Source: Podarcis muralis (lineage: Eukaryota). Taken from it: a stretch of 64,000 nt of DNA. Below are positions 60,846 to 64,000 of the stretch, in pieces. The position numbers and the translations under genes are program-made. Where the stretch lies: NCBI RefSeq assembly GCF_964188315.1, contig NC_135667.1:25296001-25360000 (forward strand), in the 5' to 3' direction. Position 1 is the stretch's first letter. Every line of letters begins with the position of its first letter. The notes under the pieces were generated by a model. That model saw nothing but the letters and a program-made list of their open reading frames with translations. It made no database searches and was not told the origin of the DNA.

Positions 60846-62289
60846 GCTGTAACCCACCAACCTTTTGGGGCCAATGGGAACATTTGCAAGATGGAACAAC
60901 TCCCTCAGCCCTGCCAACCAGGCACCCTTCCTCCACAATCTAGTTTATTGACTACAAACCTATTTTCAGTGGGGAAATGGAGACATTGAGGTCTATGAAG
61001 GAGTCAACTATAGGAATGTAAGTACCTGTAGTTCCTGTAGGCACCATGCTGGCTACCCCTGCCTTAGGATGAAGGGTAGAATATGAATTTAAACTAGGTA
61101 CCTACATAAAATTGTGTTTTTCAGCATCCTTTTTGGTTCAAGAGACTGCCTGCTTGAAATGCTGCTTGCTTGCTTTGTGCTCCCTTCCACCAAATTAGCT
61201 TGAATACAGGAACATTACAGAATCCACAGTGACTTTGTATAATATTCTAGTATGTTGACACTTCTGCAGCAGCCTAGACAGAAATGAATCATGCTAAAAG
61301 TAGAAAGGCCTTTCCTGCTGGGGAGATGCTCCTCTCTTTGCTCAAGCTCCATTGCTCAATGCAATGTTAATGCAAACATTCCTTCACTCTCTAGAAGTCT
61401 AAAGGAATTTATCAACAGTTGCTTTGCTGTCCTCAGGAGAGACAATTAAGTGACCTGACATCTAGCCTGCCCAGCTTTGCCTCCTAAATACGCTTTGGTG
61501 GTAACTGTTTTCCTTTTCTTTTCTGGTCTTGCTCATTCAAGTTAATTTCATCAAGCTGCTTTTCCTTTTTAATCACCCTCAATGGGATCCCGACTTGGAG
61601 CTAAGCTTTCCCCAACATTGTTTCCACTAATAGCTCCCAGTAGGGCCTATTACCATTGCACATAACTTTGTTTCTAAACTTACCTTTTATTTCATGAGTG
61701 GAATGGGAACATTCTAGGCTTCCAGCCAGTTTACAGCCCTCAGAAGGGAATTTACACGTAGCTTTCAATTAATTAATACAGTATGACTGTAAAATCGAAT
61801 TCATCAGCTACTTGTTGAAGCAGGGAGGTATTTTTTTATTTACCAATAATGTGTACATTTGCCTAGCCTCTGGCTCAACTAGCCCAAAATCATAAATATT
61901 TTTTAATCAAGTCTTGTTAACTAGTTGCTACTTAATTATTATTTTAAAAACTCCTCTGCTAGCTGCAGTTTCTTACTCAAGTAAATTACCTAAAAAGCTT
62001 TATCACATGAAAAAAAAATTCTAACGCACAGTTTCACAGTCAGGAGGATAGAGCGAGCAGAGATGTTTACATGAAGGAGTGGGGAAGGCCAGCTGCTGCA
62101 GGAAGAACTCCCACATTTGATGCTAACTTTCGAATCCTATTTGGGGTGTTACTGTCCCCATGTTCATTAACTCAGGGACCGTGATGTCCTAAGTAGTCAC
62201 CCCCTTCCCCATCTTCATGGAAAGAGTATGATTATCAATAACAATGGAGACATTGAGTGCACAGCTGTACATATGAAGGCATAGCCAAA

Positions 62290-62531
62290 CAGTGGTACCT
62301 CTGGTTGCGAATGCCCCTGGTTGCGCACGCTGCAGGTTACGAGCTCCGGTAACCTGGAAGTAGCCGCTCCCAGTTGCAAACTTTGCCCTGGGATGTGAGC
62401 GGAAATCTTGTGCTGGAGGCCAGTGCGCAGTGGGAGGTGCACTTTCACTAATGGTGCCTCATGTTACGAGTGGTTTCCGGTTACGAACGGACCTCCGGAA
62501 CGGTTTCTGTTCGTAACCAGAGGTACCACTG
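62290..62531. mobile_element. Tc1/mariner-type MITE
   Basis: CAGTGGTACCTCTGGTT...AACCAGAGGTACCACTG|TA, 17-bp TIR. Confidence 0.88.
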
Positions 62532-62636
62532 TAAATTGTTACACACTTAACATCAAGACTATGAAGCAGGACTATGTTTGTTTTCCCATATAGATGGACA
62601 CATAGGAACACAGAAAGCCTGTCATATCAGGGCATA

Positions 62637-63210
62637 TGTCAGGAACAGGTCAGCAACAACTCACAAGGTGTCAGTGAAGTTAACTATTTATTCAAAGAAA
62701 CAAAACAGCTCAGGCATATAGAGCACAATTCTTCTCAGTAGATCCTACCCCAATGAGGCAGTTGCCAGGACCAAAAGTTCCTGCCTTCCTACAGTTCTCT
62801 AAGTCTCCTCCTCTCCTGGGGCCTTCCCAATCTGTATGTTTCTGCTCCACCGTCTTCATACCTTTGTGGGTTCTGGGAGACCAGGGGGGAGGCCACAGCA
62901 GCTGGTAGAGACCCCCTGACTTCTTCAGCAGCCTGCCTCTTGTGTCCCCCCCTCCTCTTCAGCCTCTGATTCTGAACTGCTCTCTGCCACAGCCTCTTCC
63001 TGCTCACAACACTATTACCTCTTCAGTTTCTGATACCTCCTTCTCCCCAGTCTGCTCCCTCTTGTCCCTATGACTACTCATTGTCATCTCTCCACCAATC
63101 TCCTGGCTCTACGCCTTCTTCTCTTTTGGATTTCTTTGGAGGCTCCCTAGCTGGCTCTTTCCACTACTCCTCTGAATCCAGCAGTAGCTTAGTGCAAGGT
63201 TCCCTCAACA
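62637..63210 (-). mobile_element. Degraded LTR of the same general type as 19009
   Basis: TGTCAGG start, tttattcaaag polyA-signal block, pyrimidine-rich interior encoding purine-rich E/R/S text on the minus strand. Confidence 0.5.
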
Positions 63211-63214
63211 AATT

Positions 63215-63960
63215 GATGGAGTGTTGTCTGCTCTTGGTGGGGTTACACTCCCTCTGAAGGCCTGGGTATGCAGCTTGGAGGTACTTATGGATCCATTGAA
63301 TGTCGCTTGAAGCTCAGGTGGTCTCACTGGCACAGAGTGCCTTCCATCAGCTTCAGCCAAATTGCACCCCTATCTGGACAGGGATAGCCTAACTTCTGTT
63401 GTCTATGCTTTGGTAACCTCTAGGTTAGATTGCTGCAACTCATTATATTTGGAGCTGCTTCTGAAGATGGTCCAGAAACTTCAGCTGGTGCAGAATTAAG
63501 CTGCCAGGTTGCTTGCTGGGGCACAACATTTTGAACATATTGCATCAATCATGGCCTGACTGTAGTGGCTGCCAATTAGTTTATGGGGCCAAATTAAATC
63601 ACCGCTTTTGACCTATAAAGCCTTCAGTCTCTCAGGACCACAGTACCTGAAGGACTGCCTCTCCTGCAATAATATTCTGGGGCCCTTCTTCCTGTGTCCC
63701 CTCCACGAGGTCCAGAGGGTGTGGCTCCTTGTTTGTGGAATGCTCTCCCAAGGGAGGCTCATCTGACACCTTCATTACATATCTTTGGGTGCCAGGCAAA
63801 ACCATTCCTCTTTTACCAGGCCTTTGACTGATTAAACCATCTATGGCATTTAAAATATGACTGTGTGTGTCGGGGGGTTGTTGTTGTTAATTTTGTGTTT
63901 TTATACTGTGAACCTCCATGCAAAGTGAGGGGGGGTATATAAATTTAATTAAAAAATAAC
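63215..63960 (+). mobile_element. L2 LINE 3' portion
   Basis: ...LVTSRLDCCNSLYLELLLKMVQKLQLVQN..., tgtagtggctgccaatt and a terminal gtgaacctcc...ggtatataaat. Confidence 0.8.
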
Positions 63961-64000
63961 TTTATGGTCAAATATTGCTGGCTGCTCTGGGTTGGAGGTA

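Overview
Vertebrate genomic DNA, almost certainly a squamate and probably a lacertid lizard (Sauria SINEs, BovB/RTE ends, L2/CR1/L1 remnants, abundant CAGTGGTACC-ended mariner-type MITEs). The window is a class II olfactory receptor (OR) cluster. It holds nine complete OR reading frames, a tenth cut by the left edge (1..344, missed by the ORF track) and a ~140 bp OR pseudogene remnant. The ORs fall into three groups: two OR6/OR11-like genes, four 'HFSCELP' genes (family 5/8-like, tentative), and an OR13G1 orthologue-like gene followed by three OR13-related paralogues. Unexplained structure worth a second look: (1) two OR13-related paralogues have homologous upstream exons ending in ATG AAG|GT that splice in frame onto an open 24-nt leader, implying split-exon coding ORs, and the OR13G1-like gene has no start codon at the expected site; (2) 50 bp of the OR13G1-like CDS is copied into its own 3' flank inside a perfect 15-bp target duplication; (3) an apparently exact 1,877-bp tandem duplication between two divergent ORs multiplies a TAAT(G/T)A-5nt-TCCCAGAG homeodomain+O/E-like composite to four copies; (4) a perfect 32-bp-arm palindrome, an internally deleted L1 with a 19-bp TSD, a 5'-inverted BovB mini-insertion and a SINE with a 38-bp TSD. 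All comparisons were made by eye. Family names come from recalled sequences, not database searches.
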